Made by a program: the position numbers and the translations under genes
The notes under the pieces: model-generated
Databases searched by the model: none
What the model was told of the DNA's origin: nothing
What the model saw: the letters and a program-made list of their open reading frames with translations, nothing else
Shown here: positions 1 through 12,100 of the stretch, one piece after another
Layout: each line of letters starts with the position of its first letter
Position numbering within the stretch: the first letter of the stretch is position 1
Assembly: GCA_032718475.1 (NCBI GenBank)
Contig: JAUCBJ010004537.1
Coordinates: 62,001-126,000, forward strand
Direction: 5' to 3'
DNA length: 64,000 nucleotides
Origin: Nemertoderma westbladi
Taxonomy: Eukaryota > Animalia > Xenacoelomorpha

Positions 1-812
1 GCATTAATTTTTGGCTTTAGATATTTGAACTCGTCAAACTCGTGCTAATAAACAGTAGATGTTATCGTCATAGAAATGATTTTATTTTGAATTTACCGCC
101 AAAAGACCCCCATTTCAGCTTTAACAGTTACAAAGCGTCGTACGCAGTGAATTGCTGATAGAGTCGTTGATAAAGTGAATTGTTGATCAACATTTCTAAG
201 CATTAATAACTTTAAATTGTTTTCAGGGTCCGTCTACCATTCATTGGAAGCAGAACACGGGTTATAACGTTTTTTTTTATACAAACATTCACACCCCAAC
301 ATGTTAGTTCAAAATAGGTCTGAGTGTGTCAGCATGATGCAAAAAGTCGTAGATGAGGATGTCGACTTTCGCTTTCGCAAACTCCCACAGCCCTTCCACT
401 GTCGTCCCATAGTTGCAACGGGATGACGGAGAGTGATACTTGGTTTAATATAATCAGGATGACACATAGTAGGCCTACTGCTATAGGCTCCCGGTTCAGA
501 TAGTACAGTAGTATGGTACCAATACTTTAACTTTATCTGATTTCAGGCTTGTTCAGCTATGATCATTCAGTGTAACACCAGAATTTATATTACCGGTACC
601 GGTAACCTAAACATATTACTGTCTGACTGTAGTATTGTATTACTGGGTGTTCATAAAAATTAATAATTTTTCATTTTGGAATAGGCTGATAGGGCCTAAC
701 AGAGTTTTAGGCCTAGGTACTATAATTTTTCATATCCTCTGAAAGCTAAAACCCTAACTTAAACTTTGGCATAAGTTTTAAATTACCGGTACAGGTGCGT
801 CTGTTCGTACGA

Positions 813-3043
813 CAGGTTGGAATTCATGCTGCAAAACTCGGACGCGTACCTGCGCGAATGATTGCGAACCAGATGCGCGTTGCGCGTTCGGGTGAGACAG
901 GTGCGCGTTGCGCCTCAGCCTGCCTCAGCGCGCAGCTCTGACGCGCACCCAGGTTGGAATTCATGCTGCAAAACTCGGACGCGTACCTGCGCGAATGATT
1001 GCGAACCAGATGCGCGTTCGGGTGAGACAGGTGCGCGTTGCGCCTCAGCCTGCCTCAGCGCGCAGCTCTGACGCGCACCACAAATTAATTGAAATCACGA
1101 AAATACACATAAAAATTTCGCTCGCTTCGCTCGTGTTTATTTATCATTGTCCATTCTCAGATTCTCAATTTCTCTCTGTAATTTAACTTACCATAATACT
1201 GTAATACCGGAGCTGAAAATTTGTCAATTTATTTTAACTACTATCAGACTATTGTTATTATGTTACGTTAGTAAACAGGCTGACAGTGACAGGTTAACTC
1301 AGAAAGTAACAATGCATTAAGTACCGGTATGACTTAATTATATAGTGCCTAAGCAAGGTTTACTAAATAACAGGTCATGCAGCGAGCGGATTCCTGAAAT
1401 TAGCGTGGGCCGATCGTTTCCCTATTTATGACACTATTTTCATAATATTTTCTTAGAAACCTATCTTATGCAACTTTGGTTAGGTGAATATGATAACTAG
1501 GGGGTTCATAGAAATGTAATAAAATGTCTTTCTGAAATTTTTATCTTGTAATTGCCAAGGTAACCGCGTGCAAAGTTCAAATTTCGAGCACCTGTAATTC
1601 AAGGCGACAAGGGATTCTGTTCTTGAGATTTGGTATAGGCAGATAGGGGCCTATGAGTAAAGAGAATAAAAATGTATCAAAATATTTTACATTAAAATTT
1701 TTTTTCAATCCCGTTTCCACGGTCAGACGGTGGCGGGAATTACGATAATTTACCATTATGACCGCCAGATAGAAATTGTGCTACTATTTCAGTATTTACT
1801 ACTTATATAATTTTCAACATGCATGCCTGGTGGCTGTCCTTTATTTCTAATAATTGCTAACCAAAATTTAATATTCTGGAATGTCAAAATCGAACACAGG
1901 TCTTGCTCTTTGATTGGACAGTTTAGTTTATTGGCAAATATTGACTTTTAGAAATATGATTCACAATTGACGAATTATAAAATAAAATGTTGGCAATTTT
2001 AACTTATTATTTAGACTGACCAACCTAATAAAAATGGTTTTTTATAGAATTGGTAGACAATTTTTCAAATTTTCATTATACTTATTTCCATGGCAACGGG
2101 AATGTAAACAAATTCAAATATAAAATATTTTGATAGACTTTTATTTCCTTTAATCACCTACCAAATCTCAAGGGAAGAATCCATTGTCGCCATGAATTAC
2201 AGGCGCGCAAAGTTTGAACGTTGCACCCGGTTCGGTTACCTTGGCAACTACAAGATAAAAATTCCCGAAAGACATTTTATTACATTTCTATGAACCCTAG
2301 TTATCATATCCACCTAACAAAAGTAGCATAAAATAAGTTTCTAAGGAAATAATATGAAAATAGTGCCATAAATTGGGAGAAGATGATGGGCCCACGCTAA
2401 TTTCAGCAATCGGCTCGCTGCATGACCTGTTATTTAGTACACCTTGGGCCTAAGCCAACTGTATGAAGCCTAATTGTTATGTATACTGTATACATACACA
2501 AGTATTACTGGTACCTAATGATAATCAAGTACGGCTGTACGGTATTGCATATTTGTTCAAATTGTATATAGTCGGAGTCTGGGAGTAGAGTAATGTATTT
2601 TCAATTGTAAAGGGTGGAGTGGAAGGGTTTACTGTGGAAGATCACCCATGGTGGTGAACAGGCATTCCTTGGCTTAACGAGACTAAAAGATTCTCCCATT
2701 CAATTGTAAAAAAAATTATTTAATAAAAATTTAAAAAAAAAATTTTTAATAGGCCTATTAACAATTTTGAAGTTGCATTTACATTTATTATGTAGATTCA
2801 ACGTACAGACGTACTAGCTTTGAAACGCTCAAACTTGTGAAATAGGAATGTAAATTTTGTTCTTATGAGCTGCGGGATTTTTTGAGATGCATGGCAGCAT
2901 GGACATGCAGACATGAGCTGCGCGAATTTGTATCGATTAGATTATGATGAGGCTGTGAGGTGCGCGATGAGCCAATTTCAGGTGCGCGGTGATCTCGAAA
3001 CAACAAAGCGTACCTGCACGCTCATGCATGAATTCCAACCTGG
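813..3043. mobile_element. Non-autonomous DNA transposon with CAGGTTGGAATTCATGC TIRs (copy 1)
   Basis: Left end caggttggaattcatgc at 813, right end gcatgaattccaacctgg at ~3026-3043. The left ~137 bp is tandemly duplicated (813-949 / 950-1079). Homologous along its length to 46420-47682. Confidence 0.8.
1354..2446. mobile_element. P-element-like MITE nested in the CAGGTTGG element
   Basis: ~270-bp TIRs starting caaggtttactaaataacaggtcatgcagcgagc and ending ttatttagtacaccttg. 8-bp TSD tgcctaag/ggcctaag. CAAGG termini fit the P superfamily. The insert is absent from the sister copy at ~47180-47230. Confidence 0.8.
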
Positions 3044-3733
3044 TAACGTACGGTAAAATCTGAATAAGTATTTGTCATTATTGGCTTATTATATTCGAAG
3101 GAAATTAAAATGATTGCATAGCACATTAGAAAAGAAAACATTTTATTATACCGGTACCAACATTTTATCAAACAAACTCACAGAAACTGACATCCTTGCG
3201 ATTTTTACATTCCAGGGGTTCGTCGCCCAACAAACACTGAAATAAAGCGTCTCTTGGAAAATATTTCAATCGAATATTCCTTATTACCCAAATCTGGTTC
3301 AGGTAGACCACCGGTTTCCCATATGAAGGTCACCGCCCTACCCCCATTGAAAACTGCTTAACCTCCAACCCAGAAACATCTTTACGACGTGAAGCTTTGG
3401 CTACAAATCTTAGTTTAGGTACATGGAATGCTATATATATCTCTATATATCATTCCATTAATTTTTACAAATTCTGTACAATGCAGCCTTGTGATATCAA
3501 AGTGAATTATTGAGTTTCTATAGCACCTATATAATTTAAAACTTATGCCAAACTATAAGTTGGGGTTTTAGCATTCAGATGATACCGGTACCAAAAATTA
3601 TAATTTTCATATAGTAGAACGTTGTTATTCCAAAATGAAAAGGATCAAATGTTTATGAACTCCGTGTATATTAAAACATTCTTTTGTTCTCGAACCGGGA
3701 CGACCTCAACTCTGAAGTGACAACAAACAGACA

Positions 3734-4625
3734 ATGGAACGGTATACTTGTGAGTCAGACAACGCATTGCTAATTACCAAATCTATGTTCGCGAACATCT
3801 GTTCGGGAAATGATGCATTTGTGCGGACCTTTATTGAAGAATACCTGGACATAAATTCGAGTTTTCTGGACGATTATGTTGTTAGGAAATGTACAGCTTT
3901 GCGCATTACTGAGTGGCAGCATCGTTTACTCCCTTATGGGACTAACAACGCCGCCTCCGCTTTGTCCACCTTGGCTTTCTCTCACAACATAACGCAATCA
4001 CCGGCCACTGTCCCGACTACCGGGTACCACGAGACCAGTATGCCGCAGATTCAATTGAGGACATCGGCGTCGATATCCTATACCCCTGCAGTAACCACAA
4101 CCAATTCAAACCATTATTCTACCCAACCTCTATCAGCAGACCAGTCAGATGTTCCGGTAATGCTACGCATTAAGATGGAAGACGAAGTCGAATATAAACC
4201 CGACCTAAATGAGGTTGGTGATGGCTTGGGCAATTTGTTCTCCCCTATAGATGTAGCATATGGAATCCGTCACGATATCCTAACAGGAACTAGCTCATCG
4301 ACCCACCACACCACCCAGGGTCTCTCCTCACTAACTAACACGCCGACCCACCACATCACCCAGTGTCTCTCCCCACTTCCTAACCCCCCAACCCCCCACA
4401 CCACCGAGGGTCTCTCCCCACTTACTAACTCCTCTACCCGCAACACCACCCAGGGTCTCTCCCAACTAACTAACACCCCGACCCCCCACACCACCCAGTG
4501 TCTCTCCCCACTAACTAACTCCTCGCCAACCCTCACTACTCAGCCTCTAGGCGACTTCGATTTAAGCCTTTCCAACATCTACAACCTCCAGTTAAGAACT
4601 AAATCAACAACAGATTCCGGTATCG
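3734..4625 (+). CDS. C2H2 zinc-finger protein, coding exon 1 (N-terminal S/T/P-rich region)
   Basis: ATG at 3734, open frame to the donor ATC G|GTGAGT at 4626 (phase 1). Contains IKMEDEVE, an IKxE-type SUMO motif common in invertebrate ZNFs. Joins in phase to the exon at 15588. Confidence 0.7.
4308..4545 (+). repeat. Coding 45-bp tandem repeat (15 aa, about 5 copies)
   Basis: HTTQGLSSLTNTPTH / HITQCLSPLPNPPTP / HTTEGLSPLTNSSTR / NTTQGLSQLTNTPTP / HTTQCLSPLTNSSPT. Confidence 0.85.
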
Positions 4626-4845
4626 GTGAGTTACTATGTGTTAGATTAACACGTTTGTGGGGCCTTCGCGCAGAACGAGGCTCAGTTATCATACAGATTA
4701 AAATTGTGCAATTCTATCCCAAAATCGGTACTTAAAGTAATTTAAATATATAATTAAGAAATTTAACCAAACCGCCAATAAAGAATAAATCAAAGAAGAG
4801 AGGAAAGTTCCCCCCTCGCTTCAACCACCCTCTTATTAATCTAAC

Positions 4846-7693
4846 TCCAAGGGTAGATGTAGAAAATATCTTTTTCAGGTAACCAAAAAGAGTTTAATTT
4901 ATGTGAGACAACTTCCAAAACACTTACCAACCAGTGTTGTGTGTGGGTATGTATTGTGTGTTTAGTGTGGGATGCTCATGCGTAATAAAGTGTTTTTTGC
5001 TTATTTTACGATCCGCCCAATCTTTGCATTTACGCTTAATTAGTATTTTGAAAGGTTGCAGGTGATTGGCATGTCCAGGGTTTTTATCCAGGAAGTGTTG
5101 GCCGATGGCTTCTTTATGGTTTCCACCGAGTACAGAGTTACGATGTCTGTTGATACGTTCCCGTATGGGTCCTACTGTCTCGCCTATGTAGTTGGTGATG
5201 CGACTAATACATAGGTTGCAAACGATCTCGTACACCACATTCTTCACCATACAGTCTTTTGGACCATTATTACACGTATAACACATGGTATTGCGTGGGG
5301 TGGGGCATGGGTCTCCAGTTAGGCTAGATCCGAACTAACAGTTGTTTAAGTTTGGGGACCGGTTTACTGACTAACCGTATGTTGGTGCATAAGGGGGAAG
5401 CATTAACGATGTGCTGGGCGTGTCTATGCAGGTGTTGGTTAACGAACGGTATAACTAGAGGAACAGGGGCTCCGGTGGGGGCAGCATTACTATTGTTGTT
5501 ATGTTGCGTGGGCGTGTTATGTGTGGTTACACTGTGTAGTACTTTATGTATTAATTTATTAATCTCAGCGACTGGGAAGTCATTATTTGTCAGGAGTGAT
5601 TTTACTTTCTCTATGCTATGTGTGTGGCCTGGGGTTGTGTTGCTGTTACGTATGGTGTGTTGTAAAGCAGCTCTGGCTGTGTTAGTAATTATATTGCGGG
5701 GGTGATGGCTGCGATAGTTTAGTATAATACCCACATTGCTGGGTTTAACATACAGTTCGAAATCGATATGGCCGTGGTCATTGACCGTTGTTAAAACGTC
5801 TAAAAAGGGGAGACTATAGTAAGACTTCTCCATGGTATATTTTATAGTTGGATGGCATACATTCAGGTAAAGGAGGAATTTATTTAACTCTTACTCACCG
5901 TGTTGCCAGACGGACCACCCGTCGTCATAAAACCGGAACCAACAGGCAACTTCCAAGTGGTATTGGGTGAGGTACAGGGTTTCTTTAACATGGATATAAA
6001 TACCCGAAAAAGGTCCGGCTAGTCTATTTCCCATGCCTTTTTGTTCGTAAAATTTCCCATGAAAACGAAAATAAGTAAATTCTAGGCTAGTTTGAAGTAA
6101 CCCATAAAGATCAGCAATGTCCAAACCGAACATAATTATCTTATCTTTATGCTGGTTAACAAAGCCAGTTACTATTTCTATCCGTTCGATCACTGGTATG
6201 ACAGTGTACATTGATATGATATCCAGACTGAATATCATATCCCAGGGTTCGAGCGGGGGTAACTGCACGACCCGCTCCATAAAGTCTAAGGTGTTTGGGA
6301 GTCGCTCTGGGATGAGGGCTGCAGCCTGCCCTAGGATCCTGTTCGCTAGCCACGAGGGTTTCTCTCCCGCTGATCCGGAGGAGATCGGCCGCATGGGCCG
6401 CCCCTCTTTGTGAGTCTTAGGGTTACCGTACAATTCTGGAGGTCAAGCATGCTTAGTGCTCCGCAGCGAGTCCATGAGGAACCATTGGTTGCTCCTCTCC
6501 AATACGCTCCTGGTTCCCGCATTGATCTTCTTAATTGCCTGTGGGTTAGGGTTTTTCGATAACAGTTGATAAGAGTTTGTATCCGATAAGAGGTCCGTGT
6601 GAATTTTCTCGATATATCGATTTCGCTCCATTATCGCGAAGCCACCGCTTTTGTCGGCTTTCTTGACAATGAGATTTCTGGATGTCTGGAGTTTCTTTAT
6701 CGCTCGCTGATCCATACTGTTGAGGTTGCTCATTTGAACTGTGTGTGTACATTGGTAATCCCTAAAAACCGCCACCACCGAGCCGCTGAGTTTCTCGAGT
6801 TCGTGTTCGAGTCGTACGTTGATAGTGTCAGGTGGGGGATGTCAGTGAAGGGTATTCTTCCTAGTGGTCGTAATACAGGGGTACTGGTATCCGTATCCAT
6901 TGAAACTGCCTGGTGGGTACTCGTTGTGTCTCTCTCTTCTGCTAGTCTCTCTCGCTCAACTTTCCCTCGTAGTCCGTACGCGAGCCTTTCCAATCCTATG
7001 GAGATGTCGTCCAATGTGGTCTGGTCTAGCTTACGGTGAACTGCAAACTGTGGACCTTTGCTAAGAAGCGGTAGGGTGCCTTCCGGGAGGACCGCCTCGC
7101 TACAAGCAGACAAGAGGTGTCTACAAACACTCTCGCGCGCAAGTTCGGTGCTGGGAGTTGGGTGTACAATTACTACGAGTTTAGTCAAACCCTGTAGTTT
7201 CTTCCGATGGGTGGCGCTAGCCTCATTCGTGGCGCGTACTTTGATGGTTTCATAAAATCTGTTCATCCTGGTTAGTATCTGCTGTGGTAAGCGGAAAGCT
7301 AGAATACGTTGTTGAAGGTTGCGTCATAGGGTTGTGAGGGAGTAGATCTTCGCGTGCATTTCGCACACGGCGGCCACCAGGCTGCGTCGTTTAAAATTAT
7401 CCCGTATGTTGCTGAAGGATACGTGGTTTATACTGAGTTTAACTGACCTATCGATGAACCGTGGAAATTTGCGTTCCCTCTGGCATGTCGTCAGGAAACG
7501 TATGTCTGTATGTGCTGCTAGTGCCGTGCGAGTTTCTCAGGTGATAGGCACATACCAGCATACTGAGGAGGGCGTATCGCTGATCGTGCGGGAGTTGAGA
7601 CTTAATAAGGAATGATCTCGCCCTGATTACTGGTGGAAACATAACGCCAAGGGTAGTATGTAGAAAATATCTTTTTCAGGTAACCAAAAAGAT
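4846..7693 (-). mobile_element. Penelope-like retroelement, full length but frameshifted (RT + GIY-YIG endonuclease)
   Basis: Minus-strand fragments: KADKSGG, YGNPKTHKEGRPMRPI, FSLDIISMYTVIP, GMGNRLAG, FRFYDD, LPFLDV, then GIY-YIG (NVVYEIVC..C...YIGET...RINRH...PTLN). A ~47-bp direct repeat at 4846-4891 and 7647-7693 (pseudo-LTR) lies just upstream of the ATG at 7642. Confidence 0.9.
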
Positions 7694-7695
7694 AA

Positions 7696-8510
7696 TTGAA
7701 TGGGAAACTTTCCGAACAAAAAGACGGCCTAGGCATGGGAAATAGACTAGCCGGACCTTTTTCGGGTATTTATATCCACATTAAAGAAACCCTGTACCTC
7801 ACCCAATACCACTTGGAAGTTGCCTGTTGGTTCCGGTTTTATGACGACGGGTGGTCCGTCTGGCAACACGGTGAGGAAGAGTTAAATAAATTCCTCCTTT
7901 ACCTGAATGAATGCCATCCAACTATATTATACCATGGAGAAGTCTTACTCTAGTCTCCCCTTTTTAGACGTTTTAACAACGGTCAATGACCACGGCCATA
8001 TCGATTTCGAACTGTATGTTAAACCCAGCAATGTGGGTATTATACTAAACTATCGCAGCCATCACCCCCGCAATATAATTACTAACACAGCCAGAGCTGC
8101 TTTACAACGCGCCATACGTAACAGCAACACAACCCCAGGCCACACACGTAGCATAGAGAAATTAAAATCACTCCTGACAAATAATGACTTCCCAGTTGCA
8201 GAGATTAATAAATTAATACATAAAGTACTACACAGTGTAACCACACATAACACGTCCACGTCCACGCAACATAACAACAATAGTAATGCTGCCCCCACCG
8301 GAGCGGAGCCCCTGTACAGCGAGCGATAAAGAAACTCCAGACATCCAGAAATCTCATCGTCAAGAAAGCCGACAAAAGCGGTGGCTTCGCGATAATGGAG
8401 TGAAATCGATATATCGAGAAAATTCACACGGACCTCTTATCGGATACAAACTCTTATCAACCGTTATCGAAAAACCCCAACCCACAGGCGATTAAGAAGA
8501 TCAACGCAGA
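7696..8510 (+). mobile_element. Inverted, rearranged partial copy of the same Penelope element
   Basis: 7696-8310 is the reverse complement of ~6060-5460, and 8318-8510 of ~6710-6520. The peptides are nearly identical to those of the main copy. Confidence 0.9.
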
Positions 8511-8516
8511 TCAACG

Positions 8517-11500
8517 CGTTGAACCAAGGTTTACTGTGTACCAGCTCTTGTCTACTATTGTTTGTAGAGAGATGTTTGCTAGTAGATTTCTCTAATAGTT
8601 GTTTCTTTGCGACATTCTGAGTTGAACCAAGGTTTACTGTGTTCCAGCTCTTGTCTACTATTGTGTGTTGTAGAGAGATGTTTGCAAGTAGATTTCTCTA
8701 ATAGTTGTTTCTTTGTAACATTCGGAATTGAACCACGGTTTACTGTGTACCAGCTCTTGTCTACTATTGTTTGTAGAGAGATGTTTGCTAGTAGATTTCT
8801 CTAATAGTTGTTTCTTTGCGACATTCGGAGTTGAACCAAGGTTTACTGTGTTCCAGCTCTTGTCTACTATTGTATGTTGTAGAGAGATGTTTGCAAGTAG
8901 ATTTCTCTAATAGTTGTTTCTTTGTAACATTCGGAGTTGAACCAAGGTTTACTGTGTTCCAGCTCTTGCCTACTATTGTATGTTGTAGAGAGATGTTTGC
9001 TCGTAGATTTCTCTAATAGTTGTTTCTTTGTGACATTCGGAGTTGAACCAAGGTTTACTGTGTTCCAGCTCTTGTCTACTATTGTGTGTTGTAGAGAGAT
9101 GTTTGCTCGTAGATTTCTCTAATAGTTGTTTCTTTGTGACATTCGGAGTTGAACCAAGGTTTACTGTGTTCCAGCTCTTGTCTACTATTGTGTGTAGAGA
9201 GATGTTCGCTAGTATATTTCTCTAATAGCTGTTTCTTTGCGACATTCGGAGTTCAACCAAGGTTTACTGTGTTCCAGCTCTTGTCTACTATTGTGTGTTG
9301 TAGAGAGATGTTTGCTCGTAGATTTCTCTAATAGTTGTTTCTTTGTGACATTCGGAGTTGAACCAAGGTTTACTGTGTTCCAGCTCTTGTCTACTATTGT
9401 TTGTAGAGAGATGTTTGCTAGTAGATTTCTCTAATAGTTGTTTCTTTGCGACATTTGGAGTTGAACCAAGGTTTACTGTGTTCCAGCTCTTGCCTACTAT
9501 TGTGTGTAGATAGATGTTTGCAAGTAGATTTCTTTAATAGTTGTTTCTTTGCGACATTCGGAGTTGAACCAAGGTTTACTGTGTTCCAGCTCTTGCCTAC
9601 TATTGTGTGTAGAGAGATGTTTGCTAGTAGATTTCTCTAATAGTTGTTTCTTTGCGACATTCGGAGTTGAGACAAGGTTTACTGTGTTACAGCTCTTGCC
9701 TACTATTGTGTGTAGAGAGATGTTTGCTAGTAGATTTCTCTAATAGTTGTTGCTTTGCGACATTCGGAGTTGAACCAAGGTTTACTGTGTTCCAGCTCTT
9801 GTCTACTATTGTGTGTTGTAGAGAGATGTTTGCTAGTAGATTTCTCTAATAGTTGTTTCTTTGCGACATTCGGAGTTGAAACAAGGTTTACTGTGTTCCA
9901 GCTCTTGCCTACTATTGTGTGTAGAGAGATGTTTGCTAGTAGATTTATCCAATTGTTGTTTCTTTGCGACATTCGGAGTTGAACCAAGGTTTACTGTGTC
10001 CCAGCTCTTGCCTACTACTGTGTGTTGTAGAAAGATGTTTGCTAGTAGATTTCTCTAATAGTTGTTTGTTTGCAACATTCGGAGTTGAAACAAGGTTTAC
10101 TGTGTTCCAGCTCTTGCCTACTATTGTGTGTTGTAGAGAGATGTTTACTAGTAGATTTCTCTAATAGCTGTTTCTTTGCGACATTCGGAATTGAACCACG
10201 GTTTACTGTGTACCAGCTCTTGTCTACTATTGTTTGTAGAGAGATGTTTGCTAGTAGATTTCTCTAATAGTTGTTTCTTTGCGACATTCGGAGTTGAACC
10301 AAGGTTTACTGTGTTCCAGCTCTTGTCTACTATTGTATGTTGTAGAGAGATGTTTGCAAGTAGATTTCTCTAATAGTTGTTTCTTTGTAACATTCGGAGT
10401 TGAACCAAGGTTTACTGTGTTCCAGCTCTTGCCTACTATTGTATGTTGTAGAGAGATGTTTGCTCGTAGATTTCTCTAATAGTTGTTTCTTTGTGACATT
10501 CGGAGTTGAACCAAGGTTTACTGTGTTCCAGCTCTTGTCTACTATTGTGTGTTGTAGAGAGATGTTTGCTCGTAGATTTCTCTAATAGTTGTTTCTTTGT
10601 GACATTCGGAGTTGAACCAAGGTTTACTGTGTTCCAGCTCTTGTCTACTATTGTGTGTAGAGAGATGTTCGCTAGTATATTTCTCTAATAGCTGTTTCTT
10701 TGCGACATTCGGAGTTCAACCAAGGTTTACTGTGTTCCAGCTCTTGTCTACTATTGTGTGTTGTAGAGAGATGTTTGCTCGTAGATTTCTCTAATAGTTG
10801 TTTCTTTGTGACATTCGGAGTTGAACCAAGGTTTACTGTGTTCCAGCTCTTGTCTACTATTGTTTGTAGAGAGATGTTTGCTAGTAGATTTCTCTAATAG
10901 TTGTTTCTTTGCGACATTTGGAGTTGAACCAAGGTTTACTGTGTTCCAGCTCTTGCCTACTATTGTGTGTAGATAGATGTTTGCAAGTAGATTTCTTTAA
11001 TAGTTGTTTCTTTGCGACATTCGGAGTTGAACCAAGGTTTACTGTGTTCCAGCTCTTGCCTACTATTGTGTGTAGAGAGATGTTTGCTAGTAGATTTCTC
11101 TAATAGTTGTTTCTTTGCGACATTCGGAGTTGAGACAAGGTTTACTGTGTTACAGCTCTTGCCTACTATTGTGTGTAGAGAGATGTTTGCTAGTAGATTT
11201 CTCTAATAGTTGTTGCTTTGCGACATTCGGAGTTGAACCAAGGTTTACTGTGTTCCAGCTCTTGTCTACTATTGTGTGTTGTAGAGAGATGTTTGCTAGT
11301 AGATTTCTCTAATAGTTGTTTCTTTGCGACATTCGGAGTTGAAACAAGGTTTACTGTGTTCCAGCTCTTGCCTACTATTGTGTGTAGAGAGATGTTTGCT
11401 AGTAGATTTATCCAATTGTTGTTTCTTTGCGACATTCGGAGTTGAACCAAGGTTTACTGTGTCCCAGCTCTTGCCTACTACTGTGTGTTGTAGAAAGATG

Positions 11501-12100
11501 TTTGCTAGTAGATTTCTCTAATAGTTGTTTGTTTGCAACATTCGGAGTTGAAACAAGGTTTACTGTGTTCCAGCTCTTGCCTACTATTGTGTGTTGTAGA
11601 GAGATGTTTACTAGTAGATTTCTCTAATAGCTGTTTCTTTGCGACATTCGGAGTTGAACCAAGGTTTACTGTGTTCCAGCTCTTGTCTACTATTGTGTGT
11701 AGAGAGATGTTAGCTTGTAGATTTTTCTAATAGTTGTTTCTTTGCGACATTCGGTGTTGAACCAAGGTTTACTGTGTTCCAGCTCTTGCCTACTATTGTG
11801 TGTTGTAGAGATATGTTTACTAGTAGATTTCTCTAATAGCTGTTTCTTTGCGACATTCGGAGTTGAACTAAGATTTACTGTGTTCCAGCTCTTGACTACT
11901 ATTGTGTGTTGTAGAGAGATGTTTACTAGTAGATTTCTCTAATAGCTGTTTCTTTACCAATTCGGAGTTGAACCAAGTTTTACTGTGTTCCAGCTCTTGT
12001 CTACTATTGTGTGTAGACATATGTTTACTAGTAGATTTCTCTAATAGTTTGTTCTTTGCGACATTCGGAGTTGAACCAAGGTTTACATTGTTCCAGCTCT
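8517..12100. repeat. Satellite array, 103/106-bp monomer, ~34 copies, with 1463-bp higher-order duplication
   Basis: Monomer GAGTTGAACCAAGGTTTACTGTGTTCCAGCTCTTGTCTACTATTGTGT(GTT)GTAGAGAGATGTTTGCTAGTAGATTTCTCTAATAGTTGTTTCTTTGCGACATTCG. Variant monomers recur exactly 1463 bp apart (8816/10279, 9446/10909, 9727/11190). Confidence 0.95.

Larger units (their letters stand above)
643..3666. mobile_element. Tc1/mariner-like MITE (outer element of a triple nest)
   Basis: Imperfect ~140-bp inverted arms (643-785 vs ~3530-3666): TA|ctgggtgttcataaa ... tttatgaactccgtg|TA, flanked by TA on both sides. Confidence 0.6.

Noticed and set aside
862-1186. Arg/Ala-rich short ORFs (also 46466-46687 and 13619-13939)
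   Set aside because: They lie within GC-rich subterminal repeats of transposons.
4626-4735. C-terminal 36 aa of the 333-aa ORF
   Set aside because: Read-through past a strong GTGAGT donor into intron and repeat sequence.
4740-4925. Hammerhead ribozyme in the Penelope pLTR
   Set aside because: Expected for many Penelope elements, but I found no CTGAnGA...GAAA core with supporting stems.
8517-12100. CRISPR array, or dozens of small Cys-rich ORFs
   Set aside because: The whole monomer repeats with no unique spacers, there are no cas genes, and the context is eukaryotic. The ORFs are translations of the satellite from non-ATG starts.
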